Shown: positions 53,166-64,000 of the stretch, piece by piece
Layout of the letters: every line of letters begins with the position of its first letter
Position numbering within the stretch: the first letter of the stretch is position 1
NCBI GenBank assembly: GCA_965644265.1
Contig: OZ286461.1
Location: 66,154,001 to 66,218,000, forward strand
Origin: Glycera tridactyla
Lineage: Eukaryota
Direction: 5' to 3'
DNA: 64,000 bases
Notes under the pieces: model-generated
The model's database searches: none
Told to the model about the DNA's origin: nothing
Seen by the model: the letters and a program-made list of their open reading frames with translations, nothing else
Position numbers and translations under genes: made by a program

Positions 53166-54294
53166 CTACAATGCAAAAAATCCTGAATGCAGGGATACCA
53201 ATCTTCTTTTATCGTTAGCGCAGGTAATTTGATCAGTCTACCTGCCTGATAGGCAGGTACATCACCTTGATCATATACCAGAGTGCAGGAGGGCTGGGAC
53301 GAACCGGGATCTCCCTGGCCGGATTTCTGTTTGGGCCAAAGGCCCATTAGTACCCAAAACAGTGAGCCTTTTCTGAGAAGAGTTGGCCCTTTGTTCAAAC
53401 ACGTGGGCCCTTTAAGGGCCTATGAAGAATAATGTAATTCCATATGATTGTAATGTTATTTTGAAATATAGGTGGCGGAGCCGATTTGTCAATTTCCCTC
53501 CACGCAATGTTTGCGACGTTTTGCAAAGTTTTTCATGCTTTTACAATCGTTTACACACAAATATCTGCGCGGCAAACGGACCCGATCGGGATTACGAGTC
53601 TGTGGTATTATTCGATTTTTCGCGGAATCTCCGCAAATCTGTGTGCCAAAGAGATCCCTGGACGAAACAAGATAGTCACGAAACGAAACATTTCTAGAAA
53701 CACTCCTCACGAAACGGTTAACGAAACGAAACACGATTCGTCCCTCCTTAGGAATCTGGCGCCGCAATCCTCCTCTATGCGAACCGCCTGTGGCTTTGTA
53801 TTATGGCCACCGCTAATATCGAGAATCAACGCGCCCGCTAAAAGTTTGTCAAATCACCCTTATTAGAGCTGTCTACCACAATTCATACGTTTCTTTCATG
53901 AAACAATGTATTCTCGCATCATATTAATGGCCAATCTGCAGTCACTATTTGGCCATTAGAGATACAATCGCGTGAAACCGGGGGTATAAGAAATGAAGAG
54001 GACGCTTTTGTATCATGGGGTATGACTGTCAAATCGCTGACAGTAATGATATACCAATATGCCAAGTATAATAGCCATTGGATATTCACAGGTAGCAACA
54101 AGGAGCACTCACAAACAGGGAAGTTAATTAAGTTTGGGCTTTTGTTTGAGGAGAGAGGGAAGATGAAATCAATGACAAGTCATCAGAGCAGGACAAAAGA
54201 GCATTGTCAGAGACCAAAGAATCTTACATAACATGAATGGAGAGGCATGAGAAATGCGTTCATTTCTGAGAGGTCACGATACAGACTGAGTTTG

Positions 54295-54800
54295 ATTAGG
54301 GTACCTTTTTGGTGAAATTTCAGTGAAATATTTGCCCCTGGTGATCTTGAAAATCATGTCACATGGACCAAAATCTAATCAGTTAATTGGACCCTCCCAA
54401 GGGGTATGCCTGCCAAATTTCATCAAATTCGGATGAGTAGTTTTACTGCAATCGTGCTCACAAGGTTTTGTGACAGACAGACAGACAGACAGACAGACTG
54501 ACAGATGATCCAGGGTTGCATCCAGGTTTTTCTGAAATGGGGGCATTGGGCCCCTCAAATTGGAGAAAAGGGGGCATTTCTCCACAGAATGTCCCAAAAT
54601 GGGTTCACTAAACATGACATAGTGCAAACTTTTTGTTGATTTAGGGGGCATCAGGGCCCATGATTGCCTCGAAAAGGGGCCCACACTGGAAAAATGTGTG
54701 AAATGCCCCCATGCCCCCCTCTGGATGCAACCCTGCAGATGTGCAGACGGACAGACGGACAATACAAATTCTATATGTCTCCCCCATCGGGGGAGACATA
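54295..54800 (+). mobile_element. Helentron-type element (3' part) carrying a nested hAT MITE
   Basis: gccaaatttcatcaaa motif, (GACA)n, hairpin tatgtctccccc/gggggagacata. Confidence 0.7.
54511..54735. mobile_element. hAT-like MITE nested in a Helentron-type element
   Basis: Perfect 15-bp TIR cagggttgcatccag/ctggatgcaaccctg. Confidence 0.8.
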
Positions 54801-57451
54801 ATCAGGATCGAGATTACAGCGAGGCTTCGTCTCCGACTGCCGCTGGGCGATATTAGAGGAATGATGGAATAGCCACAAATGGCGATCTTCCATCTGTTTA
54901 TCCATGCTAAATACCAATAATACAGGTTCCATGACTTTTCCATGACTTTTGGTCAAATTACAAAGTTCCATGACTCTTCAAAAATAATTTTTTTCCAGGT
55001 TTTCCAGACCCTATGGGAACCCTGCTTTAGGGAACCTGACTGAAATTTATGATGGTGCACATCTATAAGTCAATGATAGTCGAACAATCGACAGACCTAC
55101 TATATTATCCATCTAGTTGGTACAGTGTATCCTTGATGCACATGGTACATACAGCCAGAGCATCTCTACTTCTTCCAGGACCTTTCAAGGCCCTAGGTAT
55201 CATTTTCAAGGCCCAAACAATGATGCATGAAATTATCAAAATATGACTTGACTGTTACGATAAAGTAATGCTGCATGAATCAATCAATCAATGGAGTATG
55301 ACTTTTGTCTGTAACCTCTTGGCTCATTAAATGTGTTACCAGAGAGACAAAGCATTCAGTCCACTTGTGTACTAGCTCAACCCTTTTCTGCCACAATTGT
55401 TATGGTAGCCTTCACAAAAAACTAGTTCAGCCACTCTTCCATTAGGTCCTGAAAATAAATTCATTCTCCCAAATTTATCCAGAAAGTGCAAGGAAAACAA
55501 GCTCAAACTGGGCCATCTTGAAAGCAAGCTATTTGTGTGAGCAAATGCCTTATCATGACGTGAATTCCAACTCATCCGTCATGTGAGAGACTATCCTGCT
55601 TGATCTACCACCAAGACAATCATTCATTTCAAGGCCTTTCCAGCCCTGATGGTAAGCCTCAGGGTCAGTTTCAAGGACTGTTAAAGTCCTGTGTGAACCC
55701 TGATACATAGCCCTTTTCTTGCCTGCCTGGTTTGTATTTTACAGAAACTATCACACTTAATTCAGCAATACAAATATGCCTCTACCATCGCAGTTTCATG
55801 AAGAATGCTCTAATTGATTTTGCTCTAATCAATGCCATCTATTAGATTAATTTTCTTATTAAACAATTAGCGAGCCTAGATTTGATTAATACCACATAAT
55901 GATAATAATGCTCTCTGCTCATTAAAATTATATTCATCACAAATCAAGTGTAATTATTCAAGTACAGTATATTTGACATCTAGCAAGCAATATCAATGTC
56001 CTCATTTGCAATCAAGAAGGGACACAAAACAATGTATGGAAGAAACGATGGCATCTGAGTCTTCGACCACAAAACATTTTGAGATCAAAAAATGTTGAGC
56101 TGGTCCCCTTGCTGGATATTGGTACAGTTGAACCTACTCGAGAGACCACCTCTACACAAAGACCACCTGTCTATGGAGGCAACTCTGAACTGCGACCTTG
56201 ATAGTACTTTCAACAGGGTATAACCTTTAATTTTATATATCAGCTACAATATGGTTCAGTACAAACTGATGATAATGATGCTAATGATAATTCTCGCGAA
56301 GGACTGATGTGAGTATGTTTTTACAGTTAAATTTGCTCATGACACCACAAAGGTCACCGATGTATTCAGACTCAGTGGAAGGCCAGCACCAGCACCAGCA
56401 CCAGCGCCAACATCAATGTGTAAATTGTAGAATCTTGCATTGCTCTGATTGGACACTTATTCATAGTGGAGTTCTTTTATTACTGCTCATCATTCAGATT
56501 GATAAGCAAGTATCAGACAGTTGAGGCTGCAGTCTTTGAATTTAGCCACTCTCCCGAATCCCGGGGAGTGTGAATTTGGTTTTGAGAGAGTAAATATTTT
56601 TCCTTCGATCAGAAAGTGATGAATTTATTGTGAAGATAGTACTCCACAGTTTCGGTCCCACCAACCAAAAAACCTATCCACTATGAGATGACTTTGTACA
56701 TACTTGGACATGTACAATGCTGAAGAATAAACATCAGCAAAACATAGATTAGTGGTGCTCCAGTGGTCACTCACATGACAGATGAGTTGAAATCTTGATT
56801 AGACATTTACTCACTAAAATGTCTTGCTCTCAAAATAATATAGTTTGAGCTTGTTTCCCTTTCTAAATATACACAGATTTGGGAGAGTGAATTCATTTTT
56901 GGGAGCGTGATTCCTCTGGACTGAAAGCGTATTTTGTTTTGGCATGATGATAATGTCAGCCTGGCTGCCACGCCCGCCTGCAGCCTGTATGAATATCAGT
57001 ATCGAAATGTGTCTTACCCATGAGATGGACGTTTACAATGACAGATTGTTCTGGGGTGCTTGCTCATTTGGCATCATGCAATAGGTGAAATATAATAAGA
57101 AAAACATTTTTGGTGGCTAAAAGCAGTCATTCAGGAGAGTTGCTTGCTCATTGGAGGGCCACTCATATACACCATGTTAAACCGCGCAAAAGTCATAACA
57201 CGAAGAAACACGAGGTGTCGCTTCTCGCAGGAGCGGCCGCGTGCAACAGTACTTCCGCTCTCTCTTGATAATAGCTGTGTTAGCACTCTTTCCCAGTACA
57301 GCTGAACCAGTAGATAAATGGTAGTGGTGGTGGTGGTGGTGGTGGTGGCGGTGCTAGTGGTGTTGGTGGTGAAAAACAGCCTTCCTCGGCCATAGAGGGG
57401 TAAGTGAGAAAATGTCTCAAGAAGCACTCAACCAGAAGTGGCGTTGATCGG

Positions 57452-57720
57452 TGAGTTCACAGGTCAACTGTTAGAAGGTGTGGAAGCCATGGCTCAAAGC
57501 TCGACGGCCCCTTTGAATTCACAGGAAAACTGTGAAGGTGTAGAAGCCACGGCTCAGAGCCCGACAGCCCCCTTTGAGTTCACAGGTCAACTCTGAAGGT
57601 GTAGAAGCCACGGCTCAGAGTTCGATGACCCCGTCTGACTTCACAGGCAAACTGTGAAGGCGTGAAAGTCACACCTCAAAGCTCGACAACTGCCTTTGGC
57701 TTCACAGGTAAGCTGTGATA
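57452..57720. repeat. 61-bp minisatellite, ~4.5 copies, palindromic unit
   Basis: ttcacagg at 57456, 57518, 57579, 57640, 57701. Confidence 0.85.
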
Positions 57721-57762
57721 GTGTCGATGCTATGACTGTGTGTTTGTTTGTTTGCGTGTGTG

Positions 57763-57764
<2 letters not shown>

Positions 57765-57824
<60 letters not shown>
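57765..57824. repeat. (TA)n(TG)n microsatellite; others: (CA)n 1814-1835, (ATTG)n 18805-18825, (GGTT)n 23668-23716, (TG)n+polyG 35993-36033, (CAGCAC)n 56382-56408, (GGT)n 57325-57350
   Basis: Directly visible. Confidence 0.9.
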
Positions 57825-57826
<2 letters not shown>

Positions 57827-57889
57827 GAGTAGGTCTGAACCGGAAGTGGTGGTGCACGAGCAGTACGGCTCAATAATGCCCCGACTATT

Positions 57890-57904
57890 CCACCAGATGG
57901 CGCT
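57890..57904 (+). promoter_or_regulatory. CTCF-like motif CCACCAGATGGCGCT
   Basis: Close match to the CTCF core CCASYAGRKGGCRS; non-repeat context. Confidence 0.4.
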
Positions 57905-58250
57905 TTTCGGTGCCCATGAAATCGGCAACCTCGTGGTATATAGGAAGTTTTACTGTAGTCAATTGATGATTGACTTAGTTCCAAACAATCATTGATTCAG
58001 AATACCTCACTGATTGGTGACACTACACAATTATTCTACACTAATCTACTCTGCTGATGCATGTTCAGTCTTTGCAAAAATATTTTCAGCCATTCATCCA
58101 TCAGGAGAGCAGATTGAAAGAATCATTCTCCCAAAAATGAATTCACTCTTCAATGATGAAAGCAAGTGAACTTATGCTATCTTGTGGGTAAGTTACTTGT
58201 GTGAATGAATGCCCAATCTAGTTATGCCTCCAACTTATCCATGTCATGTA

Positions 58251-59091
58251 CAGGGTTCGTAGTGGTTGGGTGAAATGGTTTTTCAGGACATTTTCAGGAC
58301 ATATCCAGGTTTTTCTGGACACATGCCATGGTCACGAATTTCACAGATTATGCCTCATAAATCGACATCATACACTGTGTTCTCACAACATTTACAATCA
58401 CTAATCGCCACGGTGCCATTCTTGGGGTTTCGTCGCATGAGCTTTGAAGTTCCATTTTTGTTTCCGTCGCAATCGGATAGATGCTGCAAAATTATTTGCG
58501 ACATTGAAATAACGTGAAACTGCCATCTCTCACATTTTATCTGAACTGCACTCGTAGCTCAAGCGCCCGGGCCACATCATCGCCTGACTTTCGTTCCATT
58601 TTTATCCGTCGCAATCCGAGTGGCACTTATCAATCATTCACACATTGTTCAACATGGAACTGCCATTTCTCGCATTTTATCCAAATTGCATTCGAAGAAC
58701 ACATGATAGCCTGACTTTCGTTTCATTTTTATCCGCCACAATCCGAGTGGCGCTGATCGAAAATTCGCAAATTGACTAACATGAAACCGCCATCTCTCGC
58801 ATTTCATCTGAACTGCATCTTGGTTCTTCCTGTATATACATGCGACTACCACCCTGTGGACTGGCGCCACAAATAAACAAACGTAATTAGCGATGGGTTA
58901 GTGTGTCAGATTTCGCCTTTGTCTTCTTGAAAAACCGTTGAGGATTAGATTTAACCCCCATCACGCTTGATTTTCAGGACAAACACGCATTATTCAGGAT
59001 ATTGGCGGCGTTTTCAGGACAAGTTCAGGACATTTATTTTTAAGGACAAATTACCATTTTTCGGGACATTTTCAGGACGCTGCAAACCCTA
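58251..59091. mobile_element. hAT-like non-autonomous element with three internal ~130-140-bp repeats
   Basis: cagggttcg...tgcaaacccta ends, subterminal ttcaggaca repeats, flanks atgta/acgta. Confidence 0.65.
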
Positions 59092-59829
59092 ACGTAAGTG
59101 ACTGCCAACCTACCAACCTAGTTTTCCCTAAGGTTTGTTCTTCAGAACAATACATGTGCAGGCATATGCAGCTCCAGCCATCTTTCAGGGAATAGGAACT
59201 GCTGTCGCTGCAGGCAAAATTTGATCCAGTACTTTCCAATCATATGAAAACTTCACAATCTCCTATCAGGAGAGTGGGTTTGGCCTTTTTACTCTCCCAA
59301 AAAGCAATTCACTCTCCCATGAGATTCGGGAGAGTGGCTAAATTCAAAGACTGTACACAGGGAAAGATGAGGCACTAACCATCTACTCGCAGTCTTGCCC
59401 ACCATGGCTAGACTAGATCTAATAACCACTTCATTATTTCTTAGATGCCCATCAACAGCCAGTGCTGAATAATGAAGGACTCTCCAAATTTTAATTGATG
59501 TAAATCAATTAAATGCAAATTACAGACAATTATGTTGCAAAATGAAAGAAGGCACATGGCAATTAGTGCGCAAACCTAATAAGCAGTCTCACTACCGGCA
59601 AGATGCAATGGCGAAAATCCTGACGTCAAAGCAAGCACAAACTATGAGATCCTTCAGTATTACTTTCAAGTGAAGTCATGTTCAGGACATCCTTGCTGTT
59701 TTACAATGGTCATGATCATCAGATGCATGAAGAATCTCATACATGTTTGACGCCCATCAGGGGATACTATGCTATGAAAGGCTTCTACATTATGTCTGCC
59801 AGAAAAATCCATCTCCGAAAAATAAATCC

Positions 59830-60270
59830 ATTCACTCACAGAGAGCCAAGGCAAAAACATAATACCCCAATTCACCCGCAGAAAAACAAGGCCAAAACAT
59901 TCTACCCTAATTCACCCACAGTGAGCCAAGGCAGAAACATTCTACCCTAATTCACCCACAGTGAGCCAAGGCAAAAACATACTACCCCAATTCACCCACA
60001 GAGAGCCAAGGCAACAACATACTACCCTGATTCACCCGCAGTCAAGGCAAAAACATATGACAGTACTCCTATTCACGCACAGAGAGCCAAGGCAACAACA
60101 TACTATCTCGATTCACCCAGAGAGCCAAGGCAAAACATATTATAGTACTTCAATTCACCAGAAGAGTGCCAAAGGAAAAAATATTCTACCCCGATTCACC
60201 CGCAGAGAGTCAAGGCAAAACATGCTACCCCGATTCACCCACAGAAAGTCAAGGCAAAAACATACTGCTC
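59830..60270. repeat. 40-bp minisatellite, ~11 copies
   Basis: Unit attcacccacagtgagccaaggcagaaacattctacccta. Confidence 0.85.
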
Positions 60271-63200
60271 TTTCAGTGTGAATACCAGTGGGGCACAAAA
60301 CGCATATTTGTCCCCAAAATCAATCAGGCTAATTTGAAGACCTCATACATAACTGCTATTCATTAGGGGATGCCGTGAGATATGACTAAACTCTACATCT
60401 TGTGTGGCTGGGTACTGAAAACTCAACAGACATGTCAAGAGTCCATAGCCTTCACCAAAGCTGCCCTCTCTCAACAAAGCCAGCTCAAACCCCTCAAATA
60501 TATGCAACACACTGGGACAAGCTGTGAATCTCAACTTAGCTGATGCCTGGTAGAGGACTTCATACGCGGCTCATATTCCTCCGAGGGTGGCTAAGGACAG
60601 CCACCTTCCCAGGAATAATCAGTCTGACCAGATTTGACTTAATATATCTAATATACTTCATAGTATTCACTAATGCATGCTGGCCATGGATGGATTCTCC
60701 CAACAAGCCTGATTGATTTTAAGGACAAAAATGCATTTCATGACTCACTTTCGAAGAAACAGGATATCACAGTTACATCATGAAATGGATTTTTCTGGGA
60801 TGTTGTCTTTCCCTAGCCACGCCAGACTTGACACAGATGCATTTCATAGTGTTCCCCAATGAATGCCGGCCATGGGTGAGGTCTTCTGACCATTCTGATT
60901 TTCAGTTTTGTTGACGCAGTTCATGCCGATACAAAACCCCCCCTAAATTTCACCTGAACTTGATCAGTTCCCAGAGTGAATAACAAGTTTCCCTCATTTT
61001 CTAGGGATAAAATAAATCCAATATCAAGGGCTTTTTTATGGCCAAAAGTGCACTTTCAAATTTGATGACTTTTGCAGATTTCCAGGGCTTGTGGAAAACC
61101 TGCTTCATGCAGAAGAATGTGTGTTACAGGCGACTGCTACCATTAATTATACAAAGCAGCCGTATATGAAACCTGCTTAATACGTGGCGGGTAGTAGACC
61201 CTTACACAAGATGATGCAGTGTGATGCAAACAACAAAGAACGCCAGGAGTGTGCTAACTTTATTAATAAAGCATCCCCGCAGGAAGAATAATATGATCTA
61301 TGATGTTATTACGGCTAATTTGGTATTACTTATATATTTACTGGTAATCAAATTCGCCACGCCTGTAATGACACAATTTGTCTTGGGAGAAGATAACATA
61401 ACTTGTAATAATCAAATCAGCCGATGGTGCTAAAGCATTTTGCAAAAGTTGTTACTCAAAATTACCGTTGGCAGGTGTTCTCGCCCATCATATTTTACCT
61501 GCCATCAGTCTTAATTTGCGACAGGTGCACCAATTTTAATATTACGGACGGAGCTGGTGATCCGATCAGAGACATCCCCGGCGGTGGTGCTGGTATGTGT
61601 GGCCATACATCACATGGTGTCAGAGTGTGACACGATGGATAGTGATGACGTGTCGCCATGAGCGACGACGCATCATCTTTGTGCACCCTCCAGAGGTTCG
61701 CTCGCCGTGTTGCCTCCCCCGTACATTCCATCAACGCACGGATCTGCCACCCCATGATGCAATTTCTGCACCGATTATGAGTCGGGGTTGGACTGGCGAG
61801 GCAAAAGTTTAATAATTTACCAGAAAGCTAATTAACTTCGCTGATCCGAAGATCATCATTCTTACAGCTTCCGTCGACACGAGCTACGGCAATATTAGGA
61901 AGATATAATGTAATTAAAAATGCTGACCAAGCACAATTTCTATCCATCAAGAAGCGGTGACCTCATATCTCCATTCCTTGTGATGTCAATAAGATATGGC
62001 AACATTTTTAAAGATACAGTAAAACCTGTGACAAGAGAGTGTGATAAATACCACTCAAATGCAGTCTCCCAAAATAGGTGGTCTCTCCAAAAAGAGCTGG
62101 TTTCGGTATATACAATAAATATTCTTGAAATATCTCCATATAAAGTCTAAATTATCATCCGCACATCTTTGTTGTCTTTTGACAATCTTTTAGACCTACT
62201 GATGCCTAGAGTGTGCCCCATCAATCAGCAAAAATAAGTGAAAACGACAGGTTTTTGCTGATCTCCGGAACATGGATGTGCTTTCCGGAAAAGGAATCTC
62301 ACAATTCCAGTATTTTCCAAGAACACTAGAGGAGAATACATGATTTCCAGAAATTTCCGGAAGAGTCTGTGCAAACCCTGTGAATATGTTCAAATAAAAA
62401 ATCATCAGGTGGTACCATTTTGGGGTTAGTCAATACAAGATAAAGACTGAAGTTTATAAGTTATAGCTTGTGAAAAACTACTGCAAGAACTAAATAGCAT
62501 GATTAGTGTAAGCAGAAAAGAAAAAGCTGAGCCAATTTGGGTCACACCCACAAGCCCCGCTATTTGCTCAACCATTAGGATGGCTCGCTAATTATCTTGC
62601 ATGACGCCTTCATCCAAATTAGCCATTAATTCCATCACACTCAACCTCACACTCCATAAATCCTCTCCCATGGTGGCTGCCATCGTAACTCCGGTCGGTC
62701 ACTTCTCAAACACCGTCATCCACCATCATTACAACAGCTCAAAATCACTTCATTACTCCAAAATGCATTAATCACAGAAACACAACAACACTCAGCATCA
62801 TTAAAAAGTAAAGCCGGAGAAAATGTGACCTATTTTATCCAGTTCAGTAATTTGTGATGAATGATGCTCTATATGAGCATCACAATTACAGGGATGCCAA
62901 ATTTTGATGGTCGAAAATAGTAATTTTGCCAATTATCAAGAGTAATCATACCAATATTCGTAATGATCAAATATGAAAATTCCAAATTTCTTTATGGTAA
63001 TGTTATGCATGAAATGCTCCAATTTTTGCTTAAAAGAGTAATAATTACTCCACAATCATAATGGTTGGCAACTTTGTAATCATTGCTCAGGTATATCATG
63101 GAATACGTGAGGTGAAAAATAGATGGAACTTCAAAATGAGCCACTTATTCAAGAAAATGTGTCAAATCAATGAGAGAGATAACATGGACTAAGGGTTGTC

Positions 63201-63328
63201 CTGACTTGATTAGTTCCACTATTTTTGGCCGTGTGATATGCAACGAATCAATGATGCGATTTTACGACACTTAACACAGACATGGTTAACAGAGGTGAGA
63301 GCATTAGACATGCCGATCTAACATTCCA

Positions 63329-63343
63329 CCACAAGAGGGCAGT
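63329..63343 (+). promoter_or_regulatory. CTCF-like motif CCACAAGAGGGCAGT
   Basis: Near-consensus core 60 bp from a CHTF18 exon. Confidence 0.35.
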
Positions 63344-63402
63344 TAGGCTGTGGATCTAGTTGCTACGGCAACGGTAATATAAACATCGCATCGCCTACTT
63401 AC

Positions 63403-63455
63403 GTCTCAAATGTCCCCTGGGCCGTCTCTCGACGTCTCATCTTTTCAAGATCAAT
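63403..63455 (-). CDS. CHTF18: CHTF18 internal exon (53 nt; IDLEKMRRRETAQGTFE)
   Basis: ctttcAG acceptor and GTAAGT donor on minus strand; phase 0 to phase 2 joins in frame to the 52970-53165 exon; peptide matches the recalled Ctf18 motif EIE(V/L)EKMRR. Too short for the ORF track. Confidence 0.85.
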
Positions 63456-64000
63456 CTGAAAGATTTTCATTAAAGCGATTACCATCAAAACCACCTTTCA
63501 TCAGAGCTCAGCATGTACGGCTCCCCTGGTATTGGCTAATGAAATAACTACGCCCGTAAATTCTCCGTGCCCACATAATTATTGAATAAGGTGTCACAAG
63601 TGATACTATCCGAAATTGACACAATTTGCTGGTGACGGCAGATGTTAGTCACAGAGCCGCAAGAACAGGATAACCCCCAAGGAAAGATAATTGTGAAATA
63701 TCATCGTCACGTGACCATGTGCATTATGGATGATGATGTCACTTCTTGCAAGCTGCGATAATTTTAACCTTTCGATTGCAGCAACAAGAGAGCTTTGAAT
63801 GGATACTCCCGACTGGGTTTTTGTGAGAGTTTATCATCACATTCACAAATGTCCTATTTGTATGAGTCATCCTAGATTAAAATATCCCACTGGTCCTAAT
63901 GAAGGATCGATACAGTGAAACCTGTGACAAAAAGTAACCAAAAAAAAAGGTCTCTCGTGGGAGGTATATTTGGCAATGTTAAATAGAAAAGCTGCCCTGC

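Larger units (their letters stand above)
53166..63402 (-). other. CHTF18: CHTF18 intron, 10,237 bp
   Basis: GT..AG, phase 2 on both sides. Confidence 0.75.

Noticed and set aside
53166-53398. N-terminal half of track ORF 52928-53398 (MNKGPTLL...)
   Set aside because: Upstream of a good acceptor at 53166; read-through intron sequence.
57131-57427. Poly-Thr / poly-Gly / poly-Val ORFs
   Set aside because: Translation of a (GGT)n microsatellite; stops in all frames after the nearest acceptor.
57452-60270. 61-bp and 40-bp arrays (and the 39-40-bp array at 47-48 kb) as CRISPR
   Set aside because: Units are contiguous with no unique spacers, there are no cas genes, and the context is eukaryotic.

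Overview
This is eukaryotic (marine-invertebrate-like), AT-rich, repeat-dense genomic DNA; the species cannot be determined from the sequence. There is no prokaryotic system and no long intact ORF apart from a decayed LINE. The one supportable host gene is the 3' end of CHTF18 (Ctf18, large subunit of the alternative RFC clamp loader) on the minus strand. I assembled it by hand from phase-compatible GT-AG exons: 63403-63455, 52970-53165, 10401-10467, an optional 51-nt exon at 5549-5599, and 2111-2211. They give IDLEKMRRRE...PNHLRQTLTPKAL...DFFGRPI...IWFCFKEGYTNAVRKTVRIQDLL*. These few exons are spread over about 61 kb and include a 42.5-kb intron. The introns contain a 5'-truncated CR1/L2-group LINE, many Tc1/mariner(pogo)-like and hAT-like MITEs, and 8-9 Helentron/pearl-type elements carrying internal satellites, all in one orientation. 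They also contain a SINE-like family with a covarying 3' hairpin, several mini/satellites (including a 61-bp array with one hairpin per unit), and a dozen TE-free CpG/TAAT-rich islands that look like enhancers. The best hypothesis is that CHTF18 is a bystander gene hosting a long-range regulatory landscape for a target outside the window. Repeat boundaries are approximate, read by eye.
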